Source: Macrostomum lignano
Lineage: Eukaryota
Reading direction: 5' to 3'
Assembly (NCBI GenBank): GCA_002269645.1
Contig: NIVC01000788.1
Coordinates: 62,001-126,000 of the forward strand
DNA: 64,000 bases
The position numbers and the translations under genes are program-made. Below are positions 47,804 through 61,684 of the stretch, piece after piece. Position 1 is the stretch's first letter. Each line of letters opens with the position of its first letter. The notes under the pieces are model-generated. The model did no database searches and had not been told where the DNA came from. It saw nothing but the letters and a program-made list of their open reading frames with translations.

Positions 47804-50765
47804 GCACTACGAGTAAAAGCACTAGGCTTAGGCACATTAACATTAACATAAAACTCTAGTGGAATGGGATTGAGAACAACATGAACTATTATTATGTCCA
47901 TACACGATTGAGGGTGACGGCACCTATACAACCAAGCGGTGATGGGAGGCAGAAAAAGAAAAAGAAGGAAGGCTTGTCTCTTGAGAAAGGGATCACGAGC
48001 TATGTGTATACCACTACCCACTGACAAAATTCTTTATTCTTACATGTACATTGATCTCCAGGGTGTGGATAGCAACGGTGCCCTCTCGCTCCAGCTTTTT
48101 TCCCTTAGCTCCCAAGACTCAGAAAAGCCAAAGCCCACAACCGGCCAACACTAAAATTTGTTTGAATTTAAAATTCAAAAAGGGCACTTGCAGGATCAAA
48201 GATGAAAGATGGGGGGGGGGGCCACGCGCCCCGGTTCCGACACTCCTGGACGCAGATGCTCGGTTAACTTCACCAGATCTACCGTCTGTACTTTCCACCG
48301 AGTAATCCAGATTGAACATGTAGTCAGCAAACCTCTGTCCATACAGTTGCATCTGATCTCGAGTTGTTCAGGCAGCAAAGCTATTTAATCCGTCGCATCA
48401 ATTTGGCCGCTCTAAACAGCATCAGTTGAAACGCTTGCATCGGCATTGTCACCGTCTGCGATCTGCAGTTCAGATCGCCGAGGGACTCGTCGTCGAGGGA
48501 TTCTACGGGTAAATGCTTCCAGTTGAGCATCACTGGCTGATGTTTAAGTAATCATTGATCATGAGTAGTCATGATCATTGTCTATATCAAAAACCATATA
48601 GACAACTTACCAATGTACGAGCTAAGATCCGTTATCCATCATTCGATTTCGATTTACTCGTATTAGCCCCAGAATATGAAGAATGCACGTCAGGTCAAGT
48701 GTGACGCAATTCAGTGTATACCAAATATGTAAAAAAACTGGTTAAATGATTCCGATTGTTCAAGTCACTGAAAAGGCAACAGCCCTATTTTGGTGTCCAC
48801 AGCCTCCCACGTCTCCCAGTCATGACAATGTCAAAGGTCCGGCTGAGCAACTTTGTTCTTAAGTCTGTCCCTGCTTTGCCAAAAAAAGTACCTGCACATG
48901 CGCTAACGGTTTTATAGACGTCGGTTTGAGAAATCCAGAAATCCAGGAATACAGAAGAGATTCAATGGAATTGTTCGACACGTTTGTGCAAAAATATACC
49001 TAGACATTTTATAAATATCTTGTTTTTACAAGTCAATAGAGCAAAAAACAAGCATGTATGGCTAAAGATGATCATTTAATCTGCTTCCAATAAAGAAACG
49101 ATTGTGCCAAAACTTCCTAGGTTTCATCCATCTCCGTAGTGTACTTTCGAGCAAGTTTTATAGCCATCATTTTTTAAAGGAACGATTTGAAGTTTAACGC
49201 TCTGTTACTCAAGTCGTCGTTGGTTACAATGATAATAAATTGATTTATTTTACATATAGCTGCAGTGTGTCAAGCTATTGACAGGAAAGGAAAAAAAGCT
49301 TTTATAATTGGTTGATGCATTTTGCGAGGCCATTAGCGCAATGTACATTATAGTGACTTGAAATACATCTTATTATCTGTGGCGTAGCTAGAGCTTGAAG
49401 ACAAGCAATATCCAGGGTAGCACTCCTTTTTGGTTTTCGATTTTTTTCGGTTCGATTCCATGTCCCTCTTTGAGGAGCTGTTGATTATTGTAGCACTTTT
49501 CGGCTCCGGCGTCAGCGCCTTCCATTATTTTATGAATAATTTACATGCACATGTACATGTATTGCATTGTAAAACGTAAAAAATCATCGCTTCCATATAG
49601 ACGAGTCACTTTCAGTACAATATTCCCACCAAGAGCGTATAGCCGTATGCAATGGGACGCGAGGGGTCAAGTAGGTCATGACTACCCCTTCACAAGGCTA
49701 ATGAGCTGAACTAGGGAGCATGACTTTTCGGAGAAGTGCGGACTTCTTCAAAGCCGAGATATCATGCTATTTTCGACGTGTACCTCTCCCTCCATCTGTG
49801 GCCACGCTCGTGGCCGCCTCTGAGACGGTGCATGTTGTTGTTGAGTGTTGTTGCGTGTGCTACAAATAACGCTATGTTCTGATGATGAAAAATCGCAGAC
49901 GTTGCTAGGATTTAGGAAGCAGCAATGTGCTGCAGCACTGCTTGTAAAAATTGGACTCAATCTACAGTACAGTACTACAGTACCATGATTTATCATTTAT
50001 TTATGGCTATTGTATTAGTTAACATTTAGGAATATTAGGCATCGAAAAAGTCCGGAAACGGGCCCAAAAAGAGCGGTTTATAGTTGGTTTCTGTAGTCTT
50101 CGATCGCGAATGTTTTGTAAAACGGGCATGATTATACTAGATACCAGCGTGTGCAATAGCTACCCTAAAAGTTCAGCACTTGCATTTTTAAATAAAATTT
50201 CCCAAAGCTAGTTTTCCATGGCCATCTAAAAAGATCGAGTAAAACAGCTAGATACACCAGATAAAAAATGGGCCATATGCCGCGAGCGATAAATTTTTTT
50301 GGAGGGCCAGCCTTCCTGGATCCACTCCTGGGGACACACTCGCGCATCAAGAATGTTTACTGTGGTCCTTGCTTTACACAAGCGAGGAGAACACTGTTTC
50401 ATGTAGATAGGGGCCGATATAAAAAATAGCCCAATATTTGATTGATAATTTAGCGCAAAAAATTTTGGTCTGTGGCATGGCGCACCAATTCTCTGCGATA
50501 CATGCGACGTACATCTAGGCAATGCATTGTCCTATGTTACTACTACATTTGTAACATACATTTGAGAAATCGCTCCTTGGACAAGCATGAGGATACGCTA
50601 GCATTTCTACACATAGATTAAGAGAGTAAAATGTGACAATAACTGGCAATTATTTTGATTACATCGCGTGACATTCAATATGCAGCTCAAAACTTCTTGA
50701 GAGCGTATTCTTGCGGTAGGTTTTAGAATTTCAGAGAAGCCGAAGCACTCCTGCGAGGCATACGT

Positions 50766-53765
50766 TTAGACAATATCAGAATCGTAAACGCAGTTGCTAT
50801 ACCGTTTCTTAAAAGCCGACCAGAGCTCTTTGACAACGCTCGCAGTCACAACGTCGCCGGCGTTGGCCGCCATCAGGCGTAGCACGAACACGCCGTCACT
50901 GCGCAGATGCTCCTCCGCGAACTGTCGGGCTAGGCGAGCCTCTCCACGTCGTAGGCCGCCGCCGCCGCCGCCGCCGCCGCTGCTTCCATTGGCTAATTTG
51001 ATAAAATCGACCACGAACCTGGTCCGACTGGCGGGCACAAGCTGGCGCGCCGTCCACGCTATAAACGACAGTCCCGTCAAAGTGGCAACGAGAACGATCC
51101 AGAACCATAGGAAGACAAAGATTTTCTCGTTGAAGATGTTGATCACTAGCACGCATTGCACTGTGTGCCGGTGATTGTCGGCGATCGTTCGCACCCAGAA
51201 GTCGCACAGTGTGACCCGGGGAAACCTACCGGACTCTTCCCAGTTTCGGCCGGACAGCATGCTAGTCAACAGTTCAATGCCAAATAGCTCGCCCTGTCTC
51301 GTGCCTAAGAAGGCGTTTAACAGAAAAAATTGCCCGGCACAATTGGCCAAGTATAGCAGCTTGATGATTAAATAGAGATAGCTGAGGTAGCAACCGTGAC
51401 GCTTTGAGCAGAGGAAGCAAAGTTCCTGTTGAAGGCACGGTCTTATTCGTCGACAACAGCCGGAACTTCATGGAATGAAAAAGTTCAGTTTTGTGTGTTT
51501 GTCAAATTTTGCCGGCCTTAATTTGACTCTGAATCTCAATATACTAGTTATTTTGGAGCAACTCAAACACGGTTGAAGTTTTGAGAGGGCAAGAGAAATA
51601 ATGAGTACTTATAATATGTCAGCAAATATTGCCAACGTTTTTTAGGAAAGATTCATTGAAAACTAAGGTACAAGGACGCTACACTTACAGTTCGAGCAAA
51701 ATTCACTAGAAGTCAGTTTTCGCTGCAAAAAAAGTTGTCAGTTTTTAGCACTACGAGTACATTGACAATATGCTCGTATCTCACCTTCTGAGAGATATAA
51801 GAGGGGGTTGTAGCCTAGTAGAGGGGGTTGTAGCCTAGTAGAGGGGGTTGTAGCCTAGTAGAGGGGGTTGTAGCCTAGTAGATGGGGTTTTAGCCTAGTA
51901 GAGCGGTTGTAGCCTAGTAAAGCGGTTGTAGCCTAGTAGAGCGGTTGTAGCCTAGTAGAGGGGGTTGTAGCCTAGTAGAGGGGGTTGTAGCCTAGTAGAG
52001 GGGGTTGTAGCCTAGTAGAGCGGTTGTAGCCTAGTAGAGCGGTTGTAGCCTAGTAGAGCGGTTGTAGCCTAGTAGAGGGGGTTGTAGCCTAGTAGAGGGG
52101 GTTGTAGCCTAGTAGAGGGGGTTGTAGCCTAGTAGAGGGGGTTGTAGCCTAGTAGAGGGGGTTTTAGCCTAGTAGAGCGGTTGTAGCCTAGTAGAGGGGG
52201 TTGTAGCCTAGTAGAGGGGGTTGTAGCCTAGTAGAGGGGGTTGTAGCCTAGTAGAGGGGGTTGTAGCCTAGTAGAGGGGGTTTTAGCCTAGTAGAGGGGG
52301 TTTTAGCCTAGTAGAGGGGGTTGTAGCCTAGTAGAGGGGGTTTTAGCCTAGTAGATGGGGTTTTAGCCTAGTAGATGGGGTTTTAGCCTAGTAGATGGGG
52401 CTGTAGACTAGTGGTTAGAGCGTCGGACTCACGACTTGAAGGTCGGGGGTTCGATTCTCAATCCAAGCTGAACAATCTGTGTTCTTGAGCAAGACACTTA
52501 ACTCTGAATCGCTTCAGTTCACCCAGCTGTAGAATGGGTACCAGCGTTAGCTGGGTTAATTGAGGGTGTGTGTGGTGATCCCCCCCTCAGTCCTTGGACT
52601 GAACAGCCGTACGAAGCCTTCAGATGCGCCGTGCATTAGCTGCGGCTGAGCTCTCGGTTGCACATCTGCCTATTAGGGCAGGTGTTATAAACTATTATTA
52701 TTATTATTAGAGTCTTAAATGAAGCAAGTATGTCGTCAAAATAAGCAACATATATATTGAAGATTTAAAATCGACAGTACACAGAATACAAGAGATTATC
52801 CTTTTCTCATAACCAAATAACGTTCAATGGGGTTTTGGCATTGGCAATCGCCAAAACTTTGTGCTTGTATTCCGGTCTATATTTTCGTCAAGGGCAACTG
52901 TATTCTACTAAAATGATCCTTGATTTTCGTTTCTAATAAAGTGCATACTTGCTTCATTTGAGATATTGTCGAGTTAGCGCTGAAAATTCGGTAATGCATT
53001 TTGCAGCGAAAACAGGCCTACAGTGAAATATTAACGATTTACGATTGTAGTATCCTTCTGCTTTAGCTGTTCATAGAAAGATTCTGAAGACTTAGGCGAG
53101 ACAGTATCTTCATAGAGTAATTGGTAATTCCATTCACAGGATTACTTTTTCGGTCTGCTGCCACACAGAGTAATCGAGTCGTGCACGTGACTCGCCATGC
53201 TGTGAACTGCCCGGGCTCGAACTTCGGCTTGGGCGAGACTCTGCGCCTCCAAGGCCATTCGGCTGAGGGCACGGAAGTTGACGCCAGTCTGCCAGTTAAG
53301 CAGCCTCCAAAGGATGCAGGGCAGGTAGAAAAGCAACGCTTCGCAGGCCAGAACAAACGGCACCCACTGGTAGTAGCCGATTTTGCGGTCCCGCCGCTCG
53401 GAGTGCTCTTTGGGGACGCCTGAGTCGAACGGCACATAGTAGGTATTCTGAACCCAGCAGTAGTTCTCGGCGTACTGCTCCATGGCTTTGGTGTAGGTGG
53501 CCGGTACCCAGCATTGCAGTGGCTGGCCTGTAAGAGTGATAATGTAGATGATAATCTGATTCTTGCTTAGTATATTTACGTGTTCGAGTACGAGGAGAGC
53601 CTTACCGACGTACTGCTTTGCCGAAATGATGAACGTAAATATAAGCAGGAGTATGCCGCTGTAGTGATGATTTAGTCGATCAGAAAAATCATCATCGACT
53701 CGAAGGCTCGAACTGGTGACCTTTAGCTTGCGCAACGTGCCGAATAGTCCAATGTCCATCACCAT
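50766..53765 (-). CDS. Innexin (invertebrate gap-junction/pannexin family), 3 exons (~413 aa)
   Basis: Exons 53765-53606, 53527-53146 and 51465-50766, phase-consistent. Motifs DDDFSDRLN, GQPLQCWVP, YAENYCW, YYQWVPF, FPRVTLCDF, CVLVINIFNEKIFVFLWFW. The exon 3 acceptor (AAG) is my best fit. Confidence 0.95.
51801..52396 (+). repeat. 19-20-bp tandem array (GAGGGGGTTGTAGCCTAGTA), ~30 copies, fused to a SINE 5' end
   Basis: The unit matches the SINE head GGGGCTGTAGACTAGTGG that follows without a gap. Confidence 0.95.
52397..52709 (+). mobile_element. tRNA-derived SINE with a conserved central core and (TAT)n tail, in innexin intron 2
   Basis: A-box TAGACTAGTGG, B-box GGTTCGATTCT, central TGTGTTCTTGAGCAAGACACTTAACTC...CACCCAGCTGTAGAATGGGTACC resembling V-type SINE cores (from memory), tail TATTATTATTATT. 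Confidence 0.85.
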
Positions 53766-56208
53766 GCTGCCGAGTCTCTTGCTTCTTTGATTATTTCTTA
53801 AACCAGAGACTGGTTCCCTTTTCTTGAGATAGTAGATTTTTTGGTACTGACTTATGGTTAACAAGTCAGACTGTTTTTAGGCTGTGTTTCGGGTGAGCTA
53901 CGCTCGTAACCAAAATCAGAGTTTACGCTCGTAGTTGCGGATCAGCGGCTACATAATAGAAGCCAGTGAAACTACCGCTAGTAAAGCATAGACAAGAGGC
54001 GAATGCTTCCAACACAACTAAAAAGCTGTGATAAGTTCCTATGGCGTTAAATCCCCGCTTATTTGGTCGGGAGAAAGCGGTGGCGGGGACGAGCCCGCAT
54101 GGAACACCTGTTTTTGGGGGCGCTTAGGCAATTCGTTTTTGCACTGTTTGCTTCCGCAGTTGGCGCGAAGTAGCCTCGCTTTAACGCTTCCCAACACACT
54201 TTCTGTCTGTATTCTTCTGTTCTTTCTCACTTTAATATCAGCGCTCCCATTTATTTCTTCAACTGTCACCTCCCTGGCTAATTTCACTTCTTTTCACCTT
54301 TTCAACGTTTCTCTCGCCCAAGTCTTTCCTGTCAAATTGCTAAAAATTCCACTCTTTAGTGAACGGGTCAATCTTATACATAGAGATTTGACCACTCTAA
54401 GCGCTTCTGTTGTACAGCAACTGCACCTAAGCTGCTACTATAGCTACTCTCTCTTGTCTATTCAAACCACTTTAGTCCAGGTCTTCCGAACTCAAGTGTG
54501 CAAACAACATAGTAGTATCAGCATGTATATTCGATATCAATATTCCATGGTTTGAGTAAGATAAAAATCAATTTGGGATCACACGCATGAAGCGTACCAT
54601 ATTTCATAAATTTAGTTCCTAGCTAATCTCGATTCTATGAGCATGTAATATGTAATCTGGCTCGAAATAAGAATTCTATGAGCATGAAATGGGCTCGAAA
54701 GCCCAGTAATTGCAATGGCCGGGGGTTAGAAATTGAATGACTTCCAACAGCTTGTTTGCGGAAAACGCACTCGCAATATTTAACTCTGCAAGCTGCTACA
54801 ACATCCATTTATTAATATAAAAAATTTCTGCCTTGGTCTAGTACTCGAGCATCATCTTGTTTTATTTTAAAAACAGACGGTTTTACCAGCGAGTCATCTG
54901 CCTAAGACATGCCGGAATGTAATAAATGTTCCTATTTCTCGCTTTGGGTTGTTGCAGTATTCGATATCTTTGTGTCTTTAGCATACGAATTTCGAGTGTC
55001 TCCCCTGGCCCGATTAGAGCTACCATCAATATGGCTGCTTCTTCCACCACTTCGGAAACATTGAGCGGCACACACTTCTCTGGGAAGTCCTTTTGGTCGT
55101 CAGGATATCCGCCGGGTGGGTCCCTCTACAACTAATTCTCGTAGGCGATGACCCCTGTAGCTACTGCTCTTGCTGGCCAGTTGTTGCCCTGGCTGTCTGC
55201 TGGTGGCTGCAAGACAAAGCCACCTTCACCGCTCCCTTAAGTACCGATTTTGATCAGACGGTGGCAACGAGAGGTGGAATGACTCGGAGAGAGAAACTCG
55301 TTTTTTAGCTCATTTCTCAAGTCTTTGGTTCCAGAAACGGTCATTATCGAAGAACTAGTAGATATTCGTATTTACCTGACGGCTGACACTAATTATTGAT
55401 ACCATCTAGTACGAGCGTAGTCCTGGACCTTATCCTAAAATGCAGTTTTTTCTATGAACCAATCCAATCTACGGAACACCTACCGAACAGAAATAGGTTC
55501 AGGTTTAACCGGGTTTTAAAAAGTGTTTCCGACCTTTGTCACTTGAAATGAGTTCATACATTTAAACAATGCCACCACACTGGAGCTGAATCAACTACGA
55601 CTGAGTTCATTATAGAAACGACTCCTGGAAGGCATTGGAGTAATAATTTATATTTGTAGTGAACCACAAAGCATTTTATATTCTTGCTATCAAGAATTTG
55701 TAGTCTATTAAAAAAATATTCTCGCTGATGAATGAATCATTTTCATTGCTTGGAGTAGTGAAATTGCGCTAGATAGTAATTTACACATTTGGCTTTCGAC
55801 ACATTCGCGCAAGGTGGTGGCTGTTTGGGAGAGAGCTGAATTCTAACGCCTCGTTTTAATCAAGCAGTCAACAATGAATGACGCAAAACTACATTGAAAG
55901 ACCTATACAAGACTTATGAAGCTTTTCATATAGAGTCCTACTCTGTTTGCTGTTATGAAAGTCCGACTTGAATAAAAAACCCAAGAGTTTCACTTGCGTC
56001 GACTTTCTTTATAAAAATATGTTTAAATCTAGATCCTCAATCCTGAAGTTCGAGGTGCTGAATGCATCTTCTACTCTGGTACTCAAGCAATTTTACCCGT
56101 GTCTGTTTACCCACGTTCACAGTTGGCCGGCCGAGTATAGGCTTGAGTTGCCCCGGCCAAAAATAATGTGACCCCTGCGGCCGGGCGTCGCCCTAGTCTG
56201 CACATTGT

Positions 56209-57177
56209 TCAAATTGTCCAACTGCATCTGACTGCTGCGGGGCTCTGTCGGTTTGAAGGTCGTGGCGGCCACTCCATTTCGTACTTTTCTAGCAAGCCGC
56301 TGGGCTGTCGGCGGTCTGTAACGCTAAGAAAGTCCGCATTGACCGTCGCACGGCCAACAGCTGACCGGCTGTTGTCGCGGTCGCAGTCGTCGCAGTCGCT
56401 GTCGCTCAAATCGATGGCCAGCGAGCGAAGTGGATCCGCGCCGGTGACAAGCTGCTGCCCATCGGCTGAAACTTTCGCAACCGATGAGCCTTCTTTGATT
56501 GGCGCAGGCTCTTTTGATGTTTTGGCAGCAGCCCTGGCTGCTGACTCTTGTGCTTGCAGGCTTCGGCGTCTGGCCAGACCACTTCGCTTCCGGGATCCCT
56601 TAGCTGAGGACCGGCCAAGGCTTTGGGTCAGCTTCACCGAACTCTTCCGATTCTCGCCTTCCCGACCGACCGTTGCCGACGCCGACGCTGCCGCTGATGC
56701 CGACGTCACTGCTTGCGCCGCCGAGGCGGTGCTGCCGCTCTGAGTGGTCTCCTGCTGGCTGTGGCTGAATGAGCGCTGCAAAAAGTCATCAAACGTGTAA
56801 ACGGAGGTCCGGCTGCCTCCGGTGGGCTCGTCAATGTAACCGGCGCTGATGGTGAAGCAGTTACAGCAGGTCACTGACCGCCTACCGTCCGTCTCTTCAT
56901 CTTCATCTCGGATGTCTACCGGCTGCGTCAGAGGCTGCTGACGTTGCGGCTGCTGCGTTTGCTGCTTTTGCTGATTTTGTCTCTCTGTTGGCGGGTTCTC
57001 TTCTGGCTGTAGCATGATTTGTTGTTGTTTCTGCTGCTTGAGTTTCTCCCGGTGACGATAACGGGCCCGGCAACGCTGGGAGGTCTTGCACAGCAACACG
57101 AGCAACATGATTCCTGTTCCTGTGGCAGCCACAACGCTTGCTGTCACCCAAACGACATTCAGGAATTCCGTATCCAT
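56209..57177 (-). CDS. Uncharacterised single-pass membrane protein ORF (N-terminal TM, Q/S/A-rich cytoplasmic region); may have further exons
   Basis: 322-aa GC-rich ORF; hydrophobic VVWVTASVVAATGTGIMLLVLLC followed by basic residues and poly-Q. No domain recognised. Exon-like blocks at ~54990-55130 may belong to it. Confidence 0.55.
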   Translation of the reverse strand: MDTEFLNVVWVTASVVAATGTGIMLLVLLCKTSQRCRARYRHREKLKQQKQQQIMLQPEENPPTERQNQQKQQTQQPQRQQPLTQPVDIRDEDEETDGRRSVTCCNCFTISAGYIDEPTGGSRTSVYTFDDFLQRSFSHSQQETTQSGSTASAAQAVTSASAAASASATVGREGENRKSSVKLTQSLGRSSAKGSRKRSGLARRRSLQAQESAARAAAKTSKEPAPIKEGSSVAKVSADGQQLVTGADPLRSLAIDLSDSDCDDCDRDNSRSAVGRATVNADFLSVTDRRQPSGLLEKYEMEWPPRPSNRQSPAAVRCSWTI

Positions 57178-60100
57178 GCCAATATGTTGGAGCTTAGTGG
57201 ATACCGCCTTGTTCCGTCTTCTGCTGATCTAGAATTAAATGAAGATTCACAAGCTTCGTTCAGCCGTCAATTTTCTAGCCTTATAAGGGAGGCGAGATTC
57301 ATATAATGCCCTTGATCGCACCACGATCTTGCTGCCAGTTGGGTATAGCTTCTATTTACAGCGCTCAGATGGGGGGCAGAGGAAGCAAACTCGCTGGGGG
57401 GAGGCAAGCTAGAATAGGGCAAACGCTGCGCACTTTGTTTCCCTTTTTGGTTCAGCTTCTGCTGTTGCGGCGTCATCATTTCCCCAGCCCCAGCTTCCGC
57501 ATCCCGCATGCGCTGGCGCCCGTAAAAGGAGATACTGAATTGCAGGCTGAAGGAAAAAAATCTTATCGACGACGACGCTCTCTGACTTTTCTAGCTTACC
57601 TTTTATTTCCCCGATGGCTGGCAGTAAACTTCAGCTGCGGGTGTGTGCGCCTACCAAGAGTGCTAGAAAGGTTTCGACCTCTTTTCTCCGCGTCCAAACT
57701 TTAGACACTTTTTACTAAGTTCCGTAGATAAAAGGGCAACAGCATGTAAAGCAACGCAGCCTACACGAATTAAAAACGGATCGCATACTCGTTTCATATG
57801 GTCTATATTTACTATGCACTGGAACGGAATTGCAATACAGTATCGTTCCAGTGCATACGCTAGAACTTACACTGGTTCTTTCAGTTAAACTCGGCATCTG
57901 GAGCTGCCCATCATTTCTTGATGCCCAGTTTTATGAAAGTCAAAACAGCACAATCGTCAATGCCACAACTTACCGATTAAGTTGGCGAAATAAGCTTCAA
58001 TAACTAACTTTTAAACTAAATTTTTGGATCTACAGTCTAGCTGCATCTAGGAAGAGTGCACGAATCGAACTCGAATATCTTGCACTGCCCGAGAAACGAA
58101 CCATTTCAGACCATCGCCTCTTGACTTACAAGTGCGTGCTGGTCGGGCTCGAATAGGGATTTGGAGAGGGGGAAACGACAAGAGGGGTACCAACGAAGAG
58201 GGAAGCGTAGCAATGGCGAACGGCCCAAGGGCAGGGATTTCATGGGATGAAGGCTTAAGCAAGCAGCTGCTAGTGCCAGCTGATTGGCTGCTGGATGGGC
58301 CGTTGTTGAATCCATAGAATTCTGGCGGAGGGGAGCTTGAACCAACGGTCAGAGAGGAACGCCGAACGCTTTAACCTAAAAACCTTTTTCACCTTCCCAA
58401 CCTTCCGCCTCTACTTCTGCGTGCAGCAATCCCACAGCATTTGCTATAGTACAATTTCCCTTAGTCGGCTATTGTAACACTGTTTCCCTCTCGCCCTGCA
58501 TGTTCTTCGTTGGAAAGATTAAGCTAACAACAGTATGATGAAAAACTCTTACAGGCGTTTGCCCCAAGACTGCATAGCTTGATGATGGTGCCGAACTTTT
58601 CTGAAAGGTCTGTCCAGAAATCAGGGCTCCAACGGTGTGTTTCCTCAATTACCTGCCTATCGACTATCTGCCAACTTCTACTGCATCTTGACATTGCGTG
58701 TGAGAGCGGGATTGAAAGAATGCTAAGTGCAAGTAGTCCCTGGGACTGAAGAGCTTAATTAGCTATCAAAATGTTTCCCCTTACGCCGAACCTTAGTATA
58801 CATGTACTAGGGAGAACGAAGGCACTCAAACCCCCCAGTCAAAATAAAGCTGAACAGCTAGGTATTATTGTTGATACCGAATACTATGCATACGTATAGG
58901 CTAGATAGTGCATCAGCTATTGCAGAGAATCCAAGCAATCCCGTTATTAGCAATCGTTCAATCATATTCGTCGTCTAGAGCGGGTCTGGTAAATTTTTTG
59001 CGGCCGAAATTTTGGTCACAGAATTTTGTTACTCTTTAGACAGACTAGCTGTACTGTACGTGATAGAAATGTTTGCCCAGGATCGAGAGGGCTTCGGCAC
59101 TAGCTATAGTACATGCCCGTCAAGAAGCAGCGTCAACTCTACTTCAACATGCGGAAGACGTCAGCCCAATTAGCCAGAGAGTTTTGCTGTGTTTTCTGCG
59201 GCCCTGTCTTCCAAAATAATAGAATATATCTAGCTAGGCGTATAAATTGGCGCCCAGAAAATGAAGAAAAAATGAAGGGATTAGAAGGGTAGATTAGTCA
59301 GTTAGCTAGGCTTTGTACGCTTGTAAAAGTGTTAAGTGTAGCGAAAGGGATCGTGATCTATGGACTGTGCAACTGCAGGGGGACATGTGAATGTTAATTT
59401 CCATGAGATATTTGCCTTCTAGCATAACTGATGATATAATTGTTGCATACATGTGCGAAGTTACTACAATATAAGCGATAGCTAGTATTACATGTAACAA
59501 CTACATAGATACATGTATTTAACAGCATGCAGGGTTACCGATACTTTCTGAGTGCTCACCGTATTATTTCAATGAGATGATTTATAACATAAACCCACAA
59601 ATACAGCTGTAGCAACGTCGATGACGAGCAGTGTTTTTATGACGTACGAATAAAAAAGTTTATTGATTGTTTGCCCTTTCCGCAAGTTGCATTATACATG
59701 TAGATAAAAACTCCTATTATACATATGAAGCCATTTGTCGAATAGCCGAGGGCTGATCGAACACATGCGTATATATAATGCGCCGTCTCTCCCAACTTGG
59801 AAGTGTAAGAGAAGTCCATATGCAGTACATGTACGTTAGGATCACGACTTAGACAAGTATACACTGTAATAAAAAATCTGAAATTTAAATTTCTGACCAG
59901 ATTTGTTGAAAATGCCCTAGTCGAGATACATGCGTAATAACTCCGAGGTGTACGTTGAACTGATCAGTAAAGGGAGATGTCCCCCAGCGAAGTTTTGAGG
60001 AATCGAATTGCCCATGCTGTCCCCCATTGGCCCTAACCTTAGCGAGAAAATCCGGAATGCGATAACGTTAACAATAACGATCGAATGAATCGAAACGCAT

Positions 60101-61361
60101 GTACATGTATAGATAGAAGGCAATGTATAGACTGAGGAGTATGTGCTAATTGGGATTCCCTTTTAACATACATTTTGATATACAAGTACATGTACAATAC
60201 AAGGCCGATCGTGCTTAGAAATTTTTGAGTCAACACATATGGAATTGATTGGAGCCAAATCTGAACTTCTGCTGCTGAAATCTCGCCTGCCGACACCAAA
60301 ATGATCCGTTATAGTTTAAGACAGTACCGATGTTGATTTACTGCATGTAGCAGTAAAAATTATTTTTTCCCAGCATGCAGATTAACAAACATTTTTATTT
60401 GTATTTTCGTCACTTTCGTTGTAGCTTTTTGTGGAAAAGCATTTTCCTTAAATACAATGGCAGAACTGAACGAAAAACTCCAAAGCAAAGATTACGTAGG
60501 GTATTTTCAAAATTAATATTTTCGCTCTATTTCCTGGAAGTAACATGGGCAGAATAATTATAATCAGTTTATCACAATACAAAACAGAAGCGCTAGTGTA
60601 GGCCTAGTTCAGTAAATTGTACAGATTAAAGAATAGGACTACCACTGCACCACTTCCTTTTGTTTTTGTATTTAAAAACGCATTGGACCAGTAATTATAT
60701 TGATCATGAAATTCCAAATTTCCAAATCATGTTAAACTGACAGCAGACTTAAGACTCTAGCCAAACTAAACCTGTCAGATAAATTTATCTATATCTTGAC
60801 TTACAATTTTTTTAAAATTCTGATAATGTCAATTGAATTCATCAAATCTTTGTCAATAATCCAGGTAAGGTTAGACCTGTTAATGATGATTTGTTGTAAT
60901 GTTTGCACTTTGCAGCAATATCAATGACAATATAGGCCATAGTCAGGAAGGTGTCCCATACACCCTGGAATGTACGCCGAGGAAAGGCTTCATGTGCAGG
61001 CTGATGTACGCCAATCTTTTGGAACTTGATTTTCCAAACTCTACAGGTACGCCAAATTGTACGCCAAAAAATTACGATTAATATTTTTTTAAACTGTAGC
61101 GGAAAATGAGTGTTGAGTAACTTACCCAACACTGGTTATAGCGAATCTATAAACTGCAATCAATTTAAAATTAAGAATATAAATTTGTGTTTACTCACAA
61201 TCTTGATAAAAATGTAGTTGATTACTATCCGAAAAGACCAAAGCAAGGTCCAACAAATCAAACTCCCAAAGCACTGTACTGTATTACAATATATAGCAAT
61301 TCTATAAAGTAGCATTCCAAAAGTTTTGGAATGGAAATCTGGAATGGTTTTAGAAAGTTTT

Positions 61362-61439
<78 letters not shown>

Positions 61440-61440
61440 G
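61362..61440. repeat. (GA)n microsatellite
   Basis: About 35 GA units, followed by a degenerate purine-rich tail. Confidence 0.97.
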
Positions 61441-61684
61441 GAGAGACAGATAGATAAAGAAAGAGAGATTAGAGATACATATAAAAGAGAGACAAAGGGA
61501 AAGCAATATCAATATAGAGAAAGAAACAGAGAGATAAATAGAGAGAGACAGAATAGATATATAGAGAATGGTTGAATTAAGACCATAGTAGATCTGACAC
61601 TTGACATTTCTATATTTCTGTTCTGAGAGAAATATCTTCTGTCTATCTCTTCTGTCTATACCTTATAGACAATTGATGAAACAT

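Noticed and set aside
48270-49150. Possible minus-strand exons of an unannotated gene
   Set aside because: All frames contain stops within short distances and no motif was recognised; left unresolved.
2385-52400. Tandem arrays as CRISPR arrays
   Set aside because: Units are head-to-tail with no unique spacers, no cas genes are present, and the context is eukaryotic.
52397-52470. Functional tRNA gene (loop CTCACGA)
   Set aside because: No acceptor stem or poly-T terminator; it continues into a SINE core and (TAT)n tail. The same reasoning applies to 37630-37696.
60916-61046. Isolated plus-strand exon candidate (AG...GT, NINDNIGHSQEGVPYTLECTPRKGFMCRL...)
   Set aside because: Good splice sites, but no partner exons or homology to support a gene call.
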